A stretch of 64,000 nt of DNA from Eledone cirrhosa. Taxonomy: Eukaryota. Positions 11,201-27,900 of this stretch are shown here, in pieces. The stretch covers positions 33,976,001 to 34,040,000 of the forward strand of contig OZ024752.1 in assembly GCA_964016885.1 (NCBI GenBank), read 5' to 3'. The number at the start of each line of letters is the position of its first letter. Position 1 is the first letter of the stretch. The notes below the pieces were generated by a model. That model had not been told where the DNA came from. It ran no database searches and was given only the letters and a program-made list of their open reading frames with translations. A program made the translations under genes and the position numbers.

Positions 11201-14200
11201 TCTATGTCTTTAACCCTTTCATTACTGTATGTCTAATGAAAGACACTGTCTATGTCTTTAACCCTTTATTTACTGTATTTGTAATGAAAGACACTGTCTA
11301 TGTGTTTAATCCTTTCATTACTGTATGTCTAATGAAAGACACTGTCTATGTGTTTAACCCTTTCATTACTGTATGTCTAATGAAAGAAACTGTCTATGTC
11401 TTTAACCCTTTCATTACTGTATGTCTAATGAAAGACACTGTCTATGTCTTTAACCCTTTCATTACTGTATGTCTAATGAAAGACACTGTCTATGTCTTTA
11501 ACCCTTTATTTACTGTATTTGTAATGAAAGACACTGTCTATGTGTTTAATTCTTTCATTACTGTATGTCTATTGAAAGACACTGTCTATGTTTAATACTT
11601 TCATTACTGTATGTCTAATGAAAGAAACTGTTTATGTGTTTAATCCTTTCATTACTGTATGTCTAATGAAAGACACTGTTTATGTGTTTATTCCTTTCAT
11701 TACTGTATGTCTAATAAAAGGGACTGTCTATGTGTTTAACTCTTTCATTACTGTAGGTCTAATGAAAGACACTGTCTATGTGTTTAACCCTTTCATTACT
11801 GTATGTCTAATGAAAGACACAGTCTATGTGTTTAATCCTTTCATTACTGTATGTCTAATGAAAGACACAGTCTGTGTTTAACCCTTTCATTACTGTATGT
11901 CTAATGAAAGACACTGTCTGTGTGTTTAACCCTTTCATTACTGTATGTCGAATGAAAGACACAGTCTATGTGTTTAATCCTTTCATTACTGTATGTCTAA
12001 TAAAAGACACAGTCTATGTGTTTAACCGTTTCATTACTGTATGTCTAATGAAAGACACAGTCTATGTGTTTAACCCTTTCATTACTGTATGTCTTATGAA
12101 AGACACTGTCTATGTTGAATCCTTTCATTACTGTATGTCTAATGAAAGACACTGTTTATGTGTTTAATCCTTTCATTACTGTATGTCTAATGAAAGACAC
12201 TGTCTATGTCTTTAACCCTTTCATTACTGTATGTCTAATAAAAGGGACTGTCTATGTGTTTAACCCTTTCATTACTGTATGTCTAATGAAAGACACTGTC
12301 TATGTGTTTAACCCTTTCATTACTGTATGTCTAATGAAAGACACTGTCTATGTATTTAATCCTTTCATTACTGTATGTCTAATGAAAGACACTGTCTATG
12401 TCTTTAACCCTTTCATTACTGTATGTCTAATGAAAGACACTGTCTGTGTTTAACCCTTTCATTACTGTATGTCTAATGAAAGACATTGTCTGTGTGTTTA
12501 ACCCTTTCATTACTGTATGTCTAATGAAAGACACTGTCTATGTATTTAATCCTTTCATTACTGTATGTCTAATGAAAGACACTGTCTGTGTTTAACCCTT
12601 TCATTACTGTATGTCTAATGAAAGACACAGTCTATGTGTTTAATCCTTTCATTACTGTATGTCTAATGAAAGACACTGTCTATGTATTTAATCCTTTCAT
12701 TACTGTAAGTCTAATGAAAGACACTGTCTGTGTTTAACCCTTTCATTACTGTATGTCTAATGAAAGACACAGTCTATGTGTTTAATCCTTTCATTACTGT
12801 ATGTCTAATGAAAGACACAGTCTATGTGTTTAATCCTTTCATTACTGTATGTCTAATGAAAGACACAGTCTGTGTTTAACCCTTTCATTACTGTATGTCT
12901 AATGAAAGACACTGTCTGTGTGTTTAACCCTTTCATTACTGTATGTCTAATGAAAGACACAGTCTATGTATTTAATCCTTTCATTACTGTATGTCTAATG
13001 AAAGACACTGTCTATGTCTTTAATCCTTTCATTACTGTATGTCTAGTAAAAGGGACTGTCTATGTGTTTAACTCTTTCATTACTGTAGGTCTAATGAAAG
13101 ACACTGTCTATGTCTTTAATCCTTTCATTACTGTATGTCTAGTAAAAGGGACTGTCTATGTGTTTAACTCTTTCATTACTGTAGGTCTAATGAAAGACAC
13201 TGTCTATGTGTTTAACCCTTTCATTACTGTATGTCTAATGAAAGACACTGTCTATGTCTTTAACCCTTTCATTACTGTATGTCTAATGAAAGACACAGTC
13301 TATGTGTTTAATCCTTTCATTACTGTATGTCTAATAAAAGACACAGTCTATGTGTTTAACCGTTTCATTACTGTATGTCTAATGAAAGACACAGTCTATG
13401 TGTTTAACCCTTTCATTACTGTATGTCTTATGAAAGACACTGTCTATGTTGAATCCTTTCATTACTGTATGTCTAATGAAAGACACTGTTTATGTGTTTA
13501 ATCCTTTCATTACTGTATGTCTAATGAAAGACACTGTCTATGTCTTTAACCCTTTCATTACTGTATGTCTAATAAAAGACACTGTCTATGTGTTTAACCC
13601 TTTCATTACTGTATGTCTAATGAAAGACACTGTCTATGTATTTAATCCTTTCATTACTGTATGTCTAATGAAAGACACTGTCTATGTGTTTAACCCTTTC
13701 ATTACTGTATGTCTAATGAAAGACACTGTCTATGTCTTTAACCCTTTCATTACTGTATGTCTAATGAAAGACACTGTCTGTGTTTAACCCTTTCATTACT
13801 GTATGTCTAATGAAAGACACTGTCTATGTATTTAATCCTTTCATTACTGTATGTCTAATGAAAGACACTGTCTATGTCTTTAACCCTTTCATTACTGTAT
13901 GTCTAATGAAAGACACTGTCTGTGTTTAACCCTTTCATTACTGTATGTCTAATGAAAGACACAGTCTATGTGTTTAATCCTTTCATTACTGTATGTCTAA
14001 TGAAAGACACTGTCTATGTGTTTAACCCTTTCATTACTGTATGTCTATTGAAAGACACTGTCTATGTTGAATCCTTTCATTACTGTATGTCTAATGAAAG
14101 ACACTGTTTATGTGTTTAATCCTTTCATTACTGTATGTCTAATAAAAGGGACTGTCTATGTGTTTAACCCTTTCATTACTGTATGTCTAATGAAAGACAC

Positions 14201-15500
14201 TGTCTATGTATTTAATCCTTTCATTACTGTATGTCTAATAAAAGGGACTGTCTATGTGTTTAACCCTTTCATTACTGTATGTCTAATGAAAGACACTGTC
14301 TATGTCTTTAACCCTTTCATTACTGTATGTCTAATGAAAGACACTGTCTGTGTGTTTAATCCTTTCATTAGTGTATGTCTAATGAAAGACACTGTCTATG
14401 TCTTTAACCCTTTCATTACTGTATGTCTAATGAAAGACACTGTCTGTGTTAAACCCTTTCATTACTGTATGTCTAATGAAAGACACTGTCTATGTGTTTA
14501 ACCCTTTCATTACTGTATTTCTAATGAAAGACACTGTCTATGTGTTTAATCCTTTCATTACTGTATGTCTAATGAAAGACACTGTCTATGTGTTTAACCC
14601 TTTCATTACTGTATATCTAATGAAAGACACTGTCTATGTGTTTAACCCTTTCATTATTGTATGTCTAATGAAAGACACTGTCTATGTGTTTAACCCTTTC
14701 ATTACTGTATGTCTAATGAAAGACACTGTCTATGTGTTTTACCATTTCATTACTGTATGTCTAATGAAAGACACTGTCTATGTGTTTAACCCTTTCATTA
14801 CTGTATGTCTAATGAAAGAAACTGTCTATGTCTTTAACCCTTTCATTACTGTATGTCTAATGAAAGACACTGTCTATGTCTTTAACCCTTTCATTACTGT
14901 ATGTCTAATGAAAGACACTGTCTATGTCTTTAACCCTTTATTTACTGTATTTGTAATGAAAGACACTGTCTATGTGTTTAATCCTTTCATTACTGTATGT
15001 CTAATGAAAGACACTGTCTATGTGTTTAACCCTTTCATTACTGTATGTCTAATGAAAGAAACTGTCTATGTCTTTAACCCTTTCATTACTGTATGTCTAA
15101 TGAAAGACACTGTCTATGTCTTTAACCCTTTCATTACTGTATGTCTAATGAAAGACACTGTCTATGTCTTTAACCCTTTATTTACTGTATTTGTAATGAA
15201 AGACACTGTCTATGTGTTTAATTCTTTCATTACTGTATGTCTATTGAAAGACACTGTCTATGTTTAATACTTTCATTACTGTATGTCTAATGAAAGAAAC
15301 TGTTTATGTGTTTAATCCTTTCATTACTGTATGTCTAATGAAAGACACTGTTTATGTGTTTATTCCTTTCATTACTGTATGTCTAATAAAAGGGACTGTC
15401 TATGTGTTTAACTCTTTCATTACTGTAGGTCTAATGAAAGACACTGTCTATGTGTTTAACCCTTTCATTACTGTATGTCTAATGAAAGACACTGTCTATG
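8202..15500. repeat. Higher-order tandem duplication, period 3,672 bp
   Basis: Matching patterns at 8202/11874, 8440/12112, 9200/12872, 10774/14446 and 11588/15260. Boundaries are approximate. Confidence 0.85.
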
Positions 15501-18500
15501 TATTTAATCCTTTCATTACTGTATGTCTAATGAAAGACACTGTCTATGTGTTTAGCCCTTTCATTACTGTATGTCTAATGAAAGACACTGTCTATGTATT
15601 TAATCCTTTCATTACTGTAAGTCTAATGAAAGACACTGTCTGTGTTTAACCCTTTCATTACTGTATGTCTAATGAAAGACACAGTCTATGTGTTTAATCC
15701 TTTCATTACTGTATGTCTAATGAAAGACACAGTCTATGTGTTTAATCCTTTCATTACTGTATGTCTAATGAAAGACACAGTCTGTGTTTAACACTTTCAT
15801 TACTGTATGTCTAATGAAAGACACTGTCTGTGTGTTTAATCCTTTCATTAGTGTATGTCTAATGAAAGACACTGTCTATGTCTTTAACCCTTTCATTACT
15901 GTATGTCTAATGAAAGACACTGTCTGTGTTAAACCCTTTCATTACTGTATGTCTAATGAAAGACACTGTCTATGTGTTTAACCCTTTCATTACTGTATTT
16001 CTAATGAAAGACACTGTCTGTGTTAAACCCTTTCATTACTGTATGTCTAATGAAAGACACTGTCTATGTGTTTAACCCTTTCATTACTGTATGTCTAATG
16101 AAAGACACTGTCTATGTGTTTAACCCTTTCATTACTGTATGTCTATTGAAAGACACAGTCTATGTGTTTAATCCTTTCATTACTGTATGTCTAATGAAAG
16201 ACACTGTCTATGTGTTTAACCCTTTCATTACTGTATGTCTATTGAAAGACACTGTCTATGTTGAATCCTTTCATTACTGTATGTCTAATGAAAGACACTG
16301 TTTATGTGTTTAATCCTTTCATTACTGTATGTCTAATAAAAGGGACTGTCTATGTGTTTAACCCTTTCATTACTGTATGTCTAATGAAAGACACTGTCTA
16401 TGTGTTTAACCCTTTCATTACTGTATGTCTAATGAAAGACACTGTCTATGTATTTAATCCTTTCATTACTGTATGTCTAATGAAAGACACTGTCTATGTG
16501 TTTAACCCTTTCATTACTGTATATCTAATGAAAGACACTGTCTATGTGTTTAACCCTTTCATTACTGTATGTCTAATGAAAGACAGTGTCTATGTGTTTA
16601 ACCCTTTCATTACTGTATGTCTAATGAAAGACACTGTCTATGTGTTTTACCATTTCATTACTGTATGTCTAATGAAAGACACTGTCTATGTGTTTAACCC
16701 TTTCATTACTGTATGTCTAATGAAAGACACTGTCTATGTCTTTAACCCTTTCATTACTGTATGTCTAATGAAAGACACTGTCTATGTCTTTAACCCTTTA
16801 TTTACTGTATTTGTAATGAAAGACACTGTCTATGTGTTTAATCCTTTCATTACTGTATGTCTAATGAAAGACACTGTCTATGTGTTTAACCCTTTCATTA
16901 CTGTATGTCTAATGAAAGAAACTGTCTATGTCTTTAACCCTTTCATTACTGTATGTCTAATGAAAGACACTGTCTATGTCTTTAACCCTTTCATTACTGT
17001 ATGTCTAATGAAAGACACTGTCTATGTCTTTAACCCTTTATTTACTGTATTTGTAATGAAAGACACTGTCTATGTGTTTAATTCTTTCATTACTGTATGT
17101 CTATTGAAAGACACTGTCTATGTTTAATACTTTCATTACTGTATGTCTAATGAAAGACACTGTTTATGTGTTTAATCCTTTCATTACTGTATGTCTAATG
17201 AAAGACACTGTTATGTGTTTAATCCTTTCATTACTGTATGTCTAATAAAAGGGACTGTCTATGTGTTTAACTCTTTCATTACTGTAGGTCTAATGAAAGA
17301 CACTGTCTATGTGTTTAACCCTTTCATTACTGTATGTCTAATGAAAGACACTGTCTATGTATTTAATCCTTTCATTACTGTATGTCTAATGAAAGACACT
17401 GTCTATGTCTTTAACCCTTTCATTACTGTATGTCTAATGAAAGACACTGTCTGTGTTTAACCCTTTCATTACTGTATGTCTAATGAAAGACATTGTCTGT
17501 GTGTTTAACCCTTTCATTACTGTATGTCTAATGAAAGACACTGTCTATGTATTTAATCCTTTCATTACTGTATGTCTAATGAAAGACACTGTCTATGTAT
17601 TTAATCCTTTCATTACTGTAAGTCTAATGAAAGACACTGTCTGTGTTTAACCCTTTCATTACTGTATGTCTAATGAAAGACACAGTCTATGTGTTTAATC
17701 CTTTCATTACTGTATGTCTAATGAAAGACACAGTCTATGTGTTTAATCCTTTCATTACTGTATGTCTAATGAAAGACACAGTCTGTGTTTAACCCTTTCA
17801 TTACTGTATGTCTAATGAAAGACACTGTCTGTGTGTTTAACCCTTTCATTACTGTATGTCTAATGAAAGACACAGTCTATGTATTTAATCCTTTCATTAC
17901 TGTATGTCTAATGAAAGACACTGTCTATGTCTTTAATCCTTTCATTACTGTATGTCTAATAAAAGGGACTGTCTATGTGTTTAACTCTTTCATTACTGTA
18001 GGTCTAATGAAAGACACTGTCTATGTGTTTAACCCTTTCATTACTGTATGTCTAATGAAAGACACTGTCTATGTTGAATCCTTTCATTACTGTATGTCTA
18101 ATGAAAGACACTGTCTGTGTTTAACCCTTTCATTACTGTATGTCTAATGAAAGACACAGTCTATGTGTTTAATCCTTTCATTACTGTATGTCTAATGAAA
18201 GACACAGTCTATGTGTTTAATCCTTTCATTACTGTATGTCTAATGAAAGACACAGTCTGTGTTTAACCCTTTCATTACTGTATGTCTAATGAAAGACACT
18301 GTCTGTGTGTTTAACCCTTTCATTACTGTATGTCGAATGAAAGACACAGTCTATGTGTTTAATCCTTTCATTACTGTATGTCTAATAAAAGACACAGTCT
18401 ATGTGTTTAACCGTTTCATTACTGTATGTCTAATGAAAGACACAGTCTATGTGTTTAACCCTTTCATTACTGTATGTCTTATGAAAGACACTGTCTATGT

Positions 18501-18999
18501 TGAATCCTTTCATTACTGTATGTCTAATGAAAGACACTGTTTATGTGTTTAATCCTTTCATTACTGTATGTCTAATGAAAGACACTGTCTATGTCTTTAA
18601 CCCTTTCATTACTGTATGTCTAATAAAAGGGACTGTCTATGTGTTTAACCCTTTCATTACTGTATGTCTAATGAAAGACACTGTCTATGTGTTTAACCCT
18701 TTCATTACTGTATGTCTAATGAAAGACACTGTCTATGTATTTAATCCTTTCATTACTGTATGTCTAATGAAAGACACTGTCTATGTCTTTAACCCTTTCA
18801 TTACTGTATGTCTAATGAAAGACACTGTCTGTGTTTAACCCTTTCATTACTGTATGTCTAATGAAAGACATTGTCTGTGTGTTTAACCCTTTCATTACTG
18901 TATGTCTAATGAAAGACACTGTCTATGTATTTAATCCTTTCATTACTGTATGTCTAATGAAAGACACTGTCTGTGTTTAACCCTTTCATTACTGTATGT

Positions 19000-21900
19000 C
19001 TAATGAAAGACACAGTCTATGTGTTTAATCCTTTCATTACTGTATGTCTAATGAAAGACACTGTCTATGTATTTAATCCTTTCATTACTGTAAGTCTAAT
19101 GAAAGACACTGTCTGTGTTTAACCCTTTCATTACTGTATGTCTAATGAAAGACACAGTCTATGTGTTTAATCCTTTCATTACTGTATGTCTAATGAAAGA
19201 CACAGTCTATGTGTTTAATCCTTTCATTACTGTATGTCTAATGAAAGACACAGTCTGTGTTTAACCCTTTCATTACTGTATGTCTAATGAAAGACACTGT
19301 CTGTGTGTTTAACCCTTTCATTACTGTATGTCTAATGAAAGACACAGTCTATGTATTTAATCCTTTCATTACTGTATGTCTAATGAAAGACACTGTCTAT
19401 GTCTTTAATCCTTTCATTACTGTATGTCTAGTAAAAGGGACTGTCTATGTGTTTAACTCTTTCATTACTGTAGGTCTAATGAAAGACACTGTCTATGTCT
19501 TTAATCCTTTCATTACTGTATGTCTAGTAAAAGGGACTGTCTATGTGTTTAACTCTTTCATTACTGTAGGTCTAATGAAAGACACTGTCTATGTGTTTAA
19601 CCCTTTCATTACTGTATGTCTAATGAAAGACACTGTCTATGTCTTTAACCCTTTCATTACTGTATGTCTAATGAAAGACACAGTCTATGTGTTTAATCCT
19701 TTCATTACTGTATGTCTAATAAAAGACACAGTCTATGTGTTTAACCGTTTCATTACTGTATGTCTAATGAAAGACACAGTCTATGTGTTTAACCCTTTCA
19801 TTACTGTATGTCTTATGAAAGACACTGTCTATGTTGAATCCTTTCATTACTGTATGTCTAATGAAAGACACTGTTTATGTGTTTAATCCTTTCATTACTG
19901 TATGTCTAATGAAAGACACTGTCTATGTCTTTAACCCTTTCATTACTGTATGTCTAATAAAAGACACTGTCTATGTGTTTAACCCTTTCATTACTGTATG
20001 TCTAATGAAAGACACTGTCTATGTATTTAATCCTTTCATTACTGTATGTCTAATGAAAGACACTGTCTATGTGTTTAACCCTTTCATTACTGTATGTCTA
20101 ATGAAAGACACTGTCTATGTCTTTAACCCTTTCATTACTGTATGTCTAATGAAAGACACTGTCTGTGTTTAACCCTTTCATTACTGTATGTCTAATGAAA
20201 GACACTGTCTATGTATTTAATCCTTTCATTACTGTATGTCTAATGAAAGACACTGTCTATGTCTTTAACCCTTTCATTACTGTATGTCTAATGAAAGACA
20301 CTGTCTGTGTTTAACCCTTTCATTACTGTATGTCTAATGAAAGACACAGTCTATGTGTTTAATCCTTTCATTACTGTATGTCTAATGAAAGACACTGTCT
20401 ATGTGTTTAACCCTTTCATTACTGTATGTCTATTGAAAGACACTGTCTATGTTGAATCCTTTCATTACTGTATGTCTAATGAAAGACACTGTTTATGTGT
20501 TTAATCCTTTCATTACTGTATGTCTAATAAAAGGGACTGTCTATGTGTTTAACCCTTTCATTACTGTATGTCTAATGAAAGACACTGTCTATGTATTTAA
20601 TCCTTTCATTACTGTATGTCTAATAAAAGGGACTGTCTATGTGTTTAACCCTTTCATTACTGTATGTCTAATGAAAGACACTGTCTATGTCTTTAACCCT
20701 TTCATTACTGTATGTCTAATGAAAGACACTGTCTGTGTGTTTAATCCTTTCATTAGTGTATGTCTAATGAAAGACACTGTCTATGTCTTTAACCCTTTCA
20801 TTACTGTATGTCTAATGAAAGACACTGTCTGTGTTAAACCCTTTCATTACTGTATGTCTAATGAAAGACACTGTCTATGTGTTTAACCCTTTCATTACTG
20901 TATTTCTAATGAAAGACACTGTCTATGTGTTTAATCCTTTCATTACTGTATGTCTAATGAAAGACACTGTCTATGTGTTTAACCCTTTCATTACTGTATA
21001 TCTAATGAAAGACACTGTCTATGTGTTTAACCCTTTCATTATTGTATGTCTAATGAAAGACACTGTCTATGTGTTTAACCCTTTCATTACTGTATGTCTA
21101 ATGAAAGACACTGTCTATGTGTTTTACCATTTCATTACTGTATGTCTAATGAAAGACACTGTCTATGTGTTTAACCCTTTCATTACTGTATGTCTAATGA
21201 AAGAAACTGTCTATGTCTTTAACCCTTTCATTACTGTATGTCTAATGAAAGACACTGTCTATGTCTTTAACCCTTTCATTACTGTATGTCTAATGAAAGA
21301 CACTGTCTATGTCTTTAACCCTTTATTTACTGTATTTGTAATGAAAGACACTGTCTATGTGTTTAATCCTTTCATTACTGTATGTCTAATGAAAGACACT
21401 GTCTATGTGTTTAACCCTTTCATTACTGTATGTCTAATGAAAGAAACTGTCTATGTCTTTAACCCTTTCATTACTGTATGTCTAATGAAAGACACTGTCT
21501 ATGTCTTTAACCCTTTCATTACTGTATGTCTAATGAAAGACACTGTCTATGTCTTTAACCCTTTATTTACTGTATTTGTAATGAAAGACACTGTCTATGT
21601 GTTTAATTCTTTCATTACTGTATGTCTATTGAAAGACACTGTCTATGTTTAATACTTTCATTACTGTATGTCTAATGAAAGAAACTGTTTATGTGTTTAA
21701 TCCTTTCATTACTGTATGTCTAATGAAAGACACTGTTTATGTGTTTATTCCTTTCATTACTGTATGTCTAATAAAAGGGACTGTCTATGTGTTTAACTCT
21801 TTCATTACTGTAGGTCTAATGAAAGACACTGTCTATGTGTTTAACCCTTTCATTACTGTATGTCTAATGAAAGACACTGTCTATGTATTTAATCCTTTCA

Positions 21901-24900
21901 TTACTGTATGTCTAATGAAAGACACTGTCTATGTGTTTAGCCCTTTCATTACTGTATGTCTAATGAAAGACACTGTCTATGTATTTAATCCTTTCATTAC
22001 TGTAAGTCTAATGAAAGACACTGTCTGTGTTTAACCCTTTCATTACTGTATGTCTAATGAAAGACACAGTCTATGTGTTTAATCCTTTCATTACTGTATG
22101 TCTAATGAAAGACACAGTCTATGTGTTTAATCCTTTCATTACTGTATGTCTAATGAAAGACACAGTCTGTGTTTAACCCTTTCATTACTGTATGTCTAAT
22201 GAAAGACACTGTGTGTTTAACCCTTTCATTACTGTATGTCGAATGAAAGACACAGTCTATGTGTTTAATCCTTTCATTACTGTATGTCTAATGAAAGACA
22301 CTGTCTATGTGTTTAACCCTTTCATTACTGTATGTCTAATGAAAGACACAGTCACATGTGTTTAACCCTTTCATTACTGTATGTCTAATGAAAGACACAG
22401 TCTATGTGTTTAACTCTTTCATTACTGTATGTCTAATGAAAGACACAGTCTATGTGTTTAATCCTTTCATTACTGTATGTCTAATGAAAGACACTGTCTA
22501 TGTGTTTAACCCTTTCATTACTGTATGTCTAATGAAAGCCCTTTCATTACTGTATTTCTAATGAAAGACACTGTCTATGTGTTTACTCCTTTCATTACAG
22601 TATGTCTAATGAAAGACACTGTCTATGTGTTTAATCCTTTCATTGCTGTATGTCTAATGAAAGACACTGTCTATGTGTTTAACCCTTTCATTACTGTATG
22701 TCTATTGAAAGACACTGTCTATGTTGAATCCTTTCATTACTGTATGTCTAATGAAAGACACTGTTTATGTGTTTAATCCTTTCATTACTGTATGTCTAAT
22801 AAAAGGGACTGTCTATGTGTTTAACCCTTTCATTACTGTATGTCTAATGAAAGACACTGTCTATGTGTTTAACCCTTTCATTACTGTATGTCTAATGAAA
22901 GACACTGTCTATGTATTTAATCCTTTCATTACTGTATGTCTAATGAAAGACACTGTCTATGTGTTTAACCCTTTCATTACTGTATGTCTAATGAAAGACA
23001 CTGACTATGTCTTTAACCCTTTCATTACTGTATGTCTAATGAAAGACACTATCTGTGTTTAACCCTTTCATTACTGTATGTCTAATGAAAGACACTGTCT
23101 ATGTATTTAATCCTTTGATTACTGTATGTCTAATGAAAGACACTGTCTATGTCTTTAACCCTTTCATTACTGTATGTCTAATGAAAGACACTGTCTGTGT
23201 TTAACCCTTTCATTACTGTATGTCTAATGAAGGACACAGTCTATGTGTTTAATCCTTTCATTACTGTATGTCTAATGAAAGACACTGTCTATGTGTTTAA
23301 CCCTTTCATTACTGTATGTCTAATGAAAGACACAGTCACATGTGTTTAACCCTTTCATTACTGTATGTCTAATGAAAGACACAGTCTATGTGTTTAACCC
23401 TTTCATTACTGTATGTCTAATGAAAGACACAGTCTATGTGTTTAATCCTTTCATTACTGTATGTCTAATGAAAGACACTGTCTGTGTTTAACCCTTTCAT
23501 TACTGTATGTCTAATGAAAGACACAGTCTATGTGTTTAATCCTTTCATTACTGTATGTCTAATGAAAGACACTGTCTATGTATTTAATCCTTTCATTACT
23601 GTAAGTCTAATGAAAGACACTGTCTGTGTTTAACCCTTTCATTACTGTATGTCTAATGAAAGACACAGTCTATGTGTTTAATCCTTTCATTACTGTATGT
23701 CTAATGAAAGACACAGTCTATGTGTTTAATCCTTTCATTACTGTATGTCTAATGAAAGACACAGTCTGTGTTTAACCCTTTCATTACTGTATGTCTAATG
23801 AAAGACACTGTCTGTGTGTTTAACCCTTTCATTACTGTATGTCTAATGAAAGACACAGTCTATGTATTTAATCCTTTCATTACTGTATGTCTAATGAAAG
23901 ACACTGTCTATGTCTTTAATCCTTTCATTACTGTATGTCTAGAAAAAGGGACTGTCTATGTGTTTAACTCTTTCATTACTGTAGGTCTAATGAAAGACAC
24001 TGTCTATGTCTTTAATCCTTTCATTACTGTATGTCTAGTAAAAGGGACTGTCTATGTGTTTAACTCTTTCATTACTGTAGGTCTAATGAAAGACACTGTC
24101 TATGTGTTTAACCCTTTCATTACTGTATGTCTAATGAAAGACACTGTCTATGTCTTTAACCCTTTCATTACTGTATGTCTAATGAAAGACACAGTCTATG
24201 TGTTTAATCCTTTCATTACTGTATGTCTAATAAAAGACACAGTCTATGTGTTTAACCGTTTCATTACTGTATGTCTAATGAAAGACACAGTCTATGTGTT
24301 TAACCCTTTCATTACTGTATGTCTTATGAAAGACACTGTCTATGTTGAATCCTTTCATTACTGTATGTCTAATGAAAGACACTGTTTATGTGTTTAATCC
24401 TTTCATTACTGTATGTCTAATGAAAGACACTGTCTATGTCTTTAACCCTTTCATTACTGTATGTCTAATAAAAGACACTGTCTATGTGTTTAACCCTTTC
24501 ATTACTGTATGTCTAATGAAAGACACTGTCTATGTATTTAATCCTTTCATTACTGTATGTCTAATGAAAGACACTGTCTATGTGTTTAACCCTTTCATTA
24601 CTGTATGTCTAATGAAAGACACTGTCTATGTCTTTAACCCTTTCATTACTGTATGTCTAATGAAAGACACTGTCTGTGTTTAACCCTTTCATTACTGTAT
24701 GTCTAATGAAAGACACTGTCTATGTATTTAATCCTTTCATTACTGTATGTCTAATGAAAGACACTGTCTATGTCTTTAACCCTTTCATTACTGTATGTCT
24801 AATGAAAGACACTGTCTGTGTTTAACCCTTTCATTACTGTATGTCTAATGAAAGACACAGTCTATGTGTTTAATCCTTTCATTACTGTATGTCTAATGAA

Positions 24901-27900
24901 AGACACTGTCTATGTGTTTAACCCTTTCATTACTGTATGTCTATTGAAAGACACTGTCTATGTTGAATCCTTTCATTACTGTATGTCTAATGAAAGACAC
25001 TGTTTATGTGTTTAATCCTTTCATTACTGTATGTCTAATAAAAGGGACTGTCTATGTGTTTAACCCTTTCATTACTGTATGTCTAATGAAAGACACTGTC
25101 TATGTATTTAATCCTTTCATTACTGTATGTCTAATAAAAGGGACTGTCTATGTGTTTAACCCTTTCATTACTGTATGTCTAATGAAAGACACTGTCTATG
25201 TCTTTAACCCTTTCATTACTGTATGTCTAATGAAAGACACTGTCTGTGTGTTTAATCCTTTCATTAGTGTATGTCTAATGAAAGACACTGTCTATGTCTT
25301 TAACCCTTTCATTACTGTATGTCTAATGAAAGACACTGTCTGTGTTAAACCCTTTCATTACTGTATGTCTAATGAAAGACACTGTCTATGTGTTTAACCC
25401 TTTCATTACTGTATTTCTAATGAAAGACACTGTCTATGTGTTTAATCCTTTCATTACTGTATGTCTAATGAAAGACACTGTCTATGTGTTTAACCCTTTC
25501 ATTACTGTATATCTAATGAAAGACACTGTCTATGTGTTTAACCCTTTCATTATTGTATGTCTAATGAAAGACACTGTCTATGTGTTTAACCCTTTCATTA
25601 CTGTATGTCTAATGAAAGACACTGTCTATGTGTTTTACCATTTCATTACTGTATGTCTAATGAAAGACACTGTCTATGTGTTTAACCCTTTCATTACTGT
25701 ATGTCTAATGAAAGAAACTGTCTATGTCTTTAACCCTTTCATTACTGTATGTCTAATGAAAGACACTGTCTATGTCTTTAACCCTTTCATTACTGTATGT
25801 CTAATGAAAGACACTGTCTATGTCTTTAACCCTTTATTTACTGTATTTGTAATGAAAGACACTGTCTATGTGTTTAATCCTTTCATTACTGTATGTCTAA
25901 TGAAAGACACTGTCTATGTGTTTAACCCTTTCATTACTGTATGTCTAATGAAAGAAACTGTCTATGTCTTTAACCCTTTCATTACTGTATGTCTAATGAA
26001 AGACACTGTCTATGTCTTTAACCCTTTCATTACTGTATGTCTAATGAAAGACACTGTCTATGTCTTTAACCCTTTATTTACTGTATTTGTAATGAAAGAC
26101 ACTGTCTATGTGTTTAATTCTTTCATTACTGTATGTCTATTGAAAGACACTGTCTATGTTTAATACTTTCATTACTGTATGTCTAATGAAAGAAACTGTT
26201 TATGTGTTTAATCCTTTCATTACTGTATGTCTAATGAAAGACACTGTTTATGTGTTTATTCCTTTCATTACTGTATGTCTAATAAAAGGGACTGTCTATG
26301 TGTTTAACTCTTTCATTACTGTAGGTCTAATGAAAGACACTGTCTATGTGTTTAACCCTTTCATTACTGTATGTCTAATGAAAGACACTGTCTATGTATT
26401 TAATCCTTTCATTACTGTATGTCTAATGAAAGACACTGTCTATGTGTTTAGCCCTTTCATTACTGTATGTCTAATGAAAGACACTGTCTATGTATTTAAT
26501 CCTTTCATTACTGTAAGTCTAATGAAAGACACTGTCTGTGTTTAACCCTTTCATTACTGTATGTCTAATGAAAGACACAGTCTATGTGTTTAATCCTTTC
26601 ATTACTGTATGTCTAATGAAAGACACAGTCTATGTGTTTAATCCTTTCATTACTGTATGTCTAATGAAAGACACAGTCTGTGTTTAACCCTTTCATTACT
26701 GTATGTCTAATGAAAGACACTGTGTGTTTAACCCTTTCATTACTGTATGTCGAATGAAAGACACAGTCTATGTGTTTAATCCTTTCATTACTGTATGTCT
26801 AATGAAAGACACTGTCTATGTGTTTAACCCTTTCATTACTGTATGTCTAATGAAAGACACAGTCACATGTGTTTAACCCTTTCATTACTGTATGTCTAAT
26901 GAAAGACACAGTCTATGTGTTTAACTCTTTCATTACTGTATGTCTAATGAAAGACACAGTCTATGTGTTTAATCCTTTCATTACTGTATGTCTAATGAAA
27001 GACACTGTCTATGTGTTTAACCCTTTCATTACTGTATGTCTAATGAAAGCCCTTTCATTACTGTATTTCTAATGAAAGACACTGTCTATGTGTTTACTCC
27101 TTTCATTACAGTATGTCTAATGAAAGACACTGTCTATGTGTTTAATCCTTTCATTGCTGTATGTCTAATGAAAGACACTGTCTATGTGTTTAACCCTTTC
27201 ATTACTGTATGTCTATTGAAAGACACTGTCTATGTTGAATCCTTTCATTACTGTATGTCTAATGAAAGACACTGTTTATGTGTTTAATCCTTTCATTACT
27301 GTATGTCTAATAAAAGGGACTGTCTATGTGTTTAACCCTTTCATTACTGTATGTCTAATGAAAGACACTGTCTATGTGTTTAACCCTTTCATTACTGTAT
27401 GTCTAATGAAAGACACTGTCTATGTATTTAATCCTTTCATTACTGTATGTCTAATGAAAGACACTGTCTATGTGTTTAACCCTTTCATTACTGTATGTCT
27501 AATGAAAGACACTGACTATGTCTTTAACCCTTTCATTACTGTATGTCTAATGAAAGACACTATCTGTGTTTAACCCTTTCATTACTGTATGTCTAATGAA
27601 AGACACTGTCTATGTATTTAATCCTTTGATTACTGTATGTCTAATGAAAGACACTGTCTATGTCTTTAACCCTTTCATTACTGTATGTCTAATGAAAGAC
27701 ACTGTCTGTGTTTAACCCTTTCATTACTGTATGTCTAATGAAGGACACAGTCTATGTGTTTAATCCTTTCATTACTGTATGTCTAATGAAAGACACTGTC
27801 TATGTGTTTAACCCTTTCATTACTGTATGTCTAATGAAAGACACAGTCACATGTGTTTAACCCTTTCATTACTGTATGTCTAATGAAAGACACAGTCTAT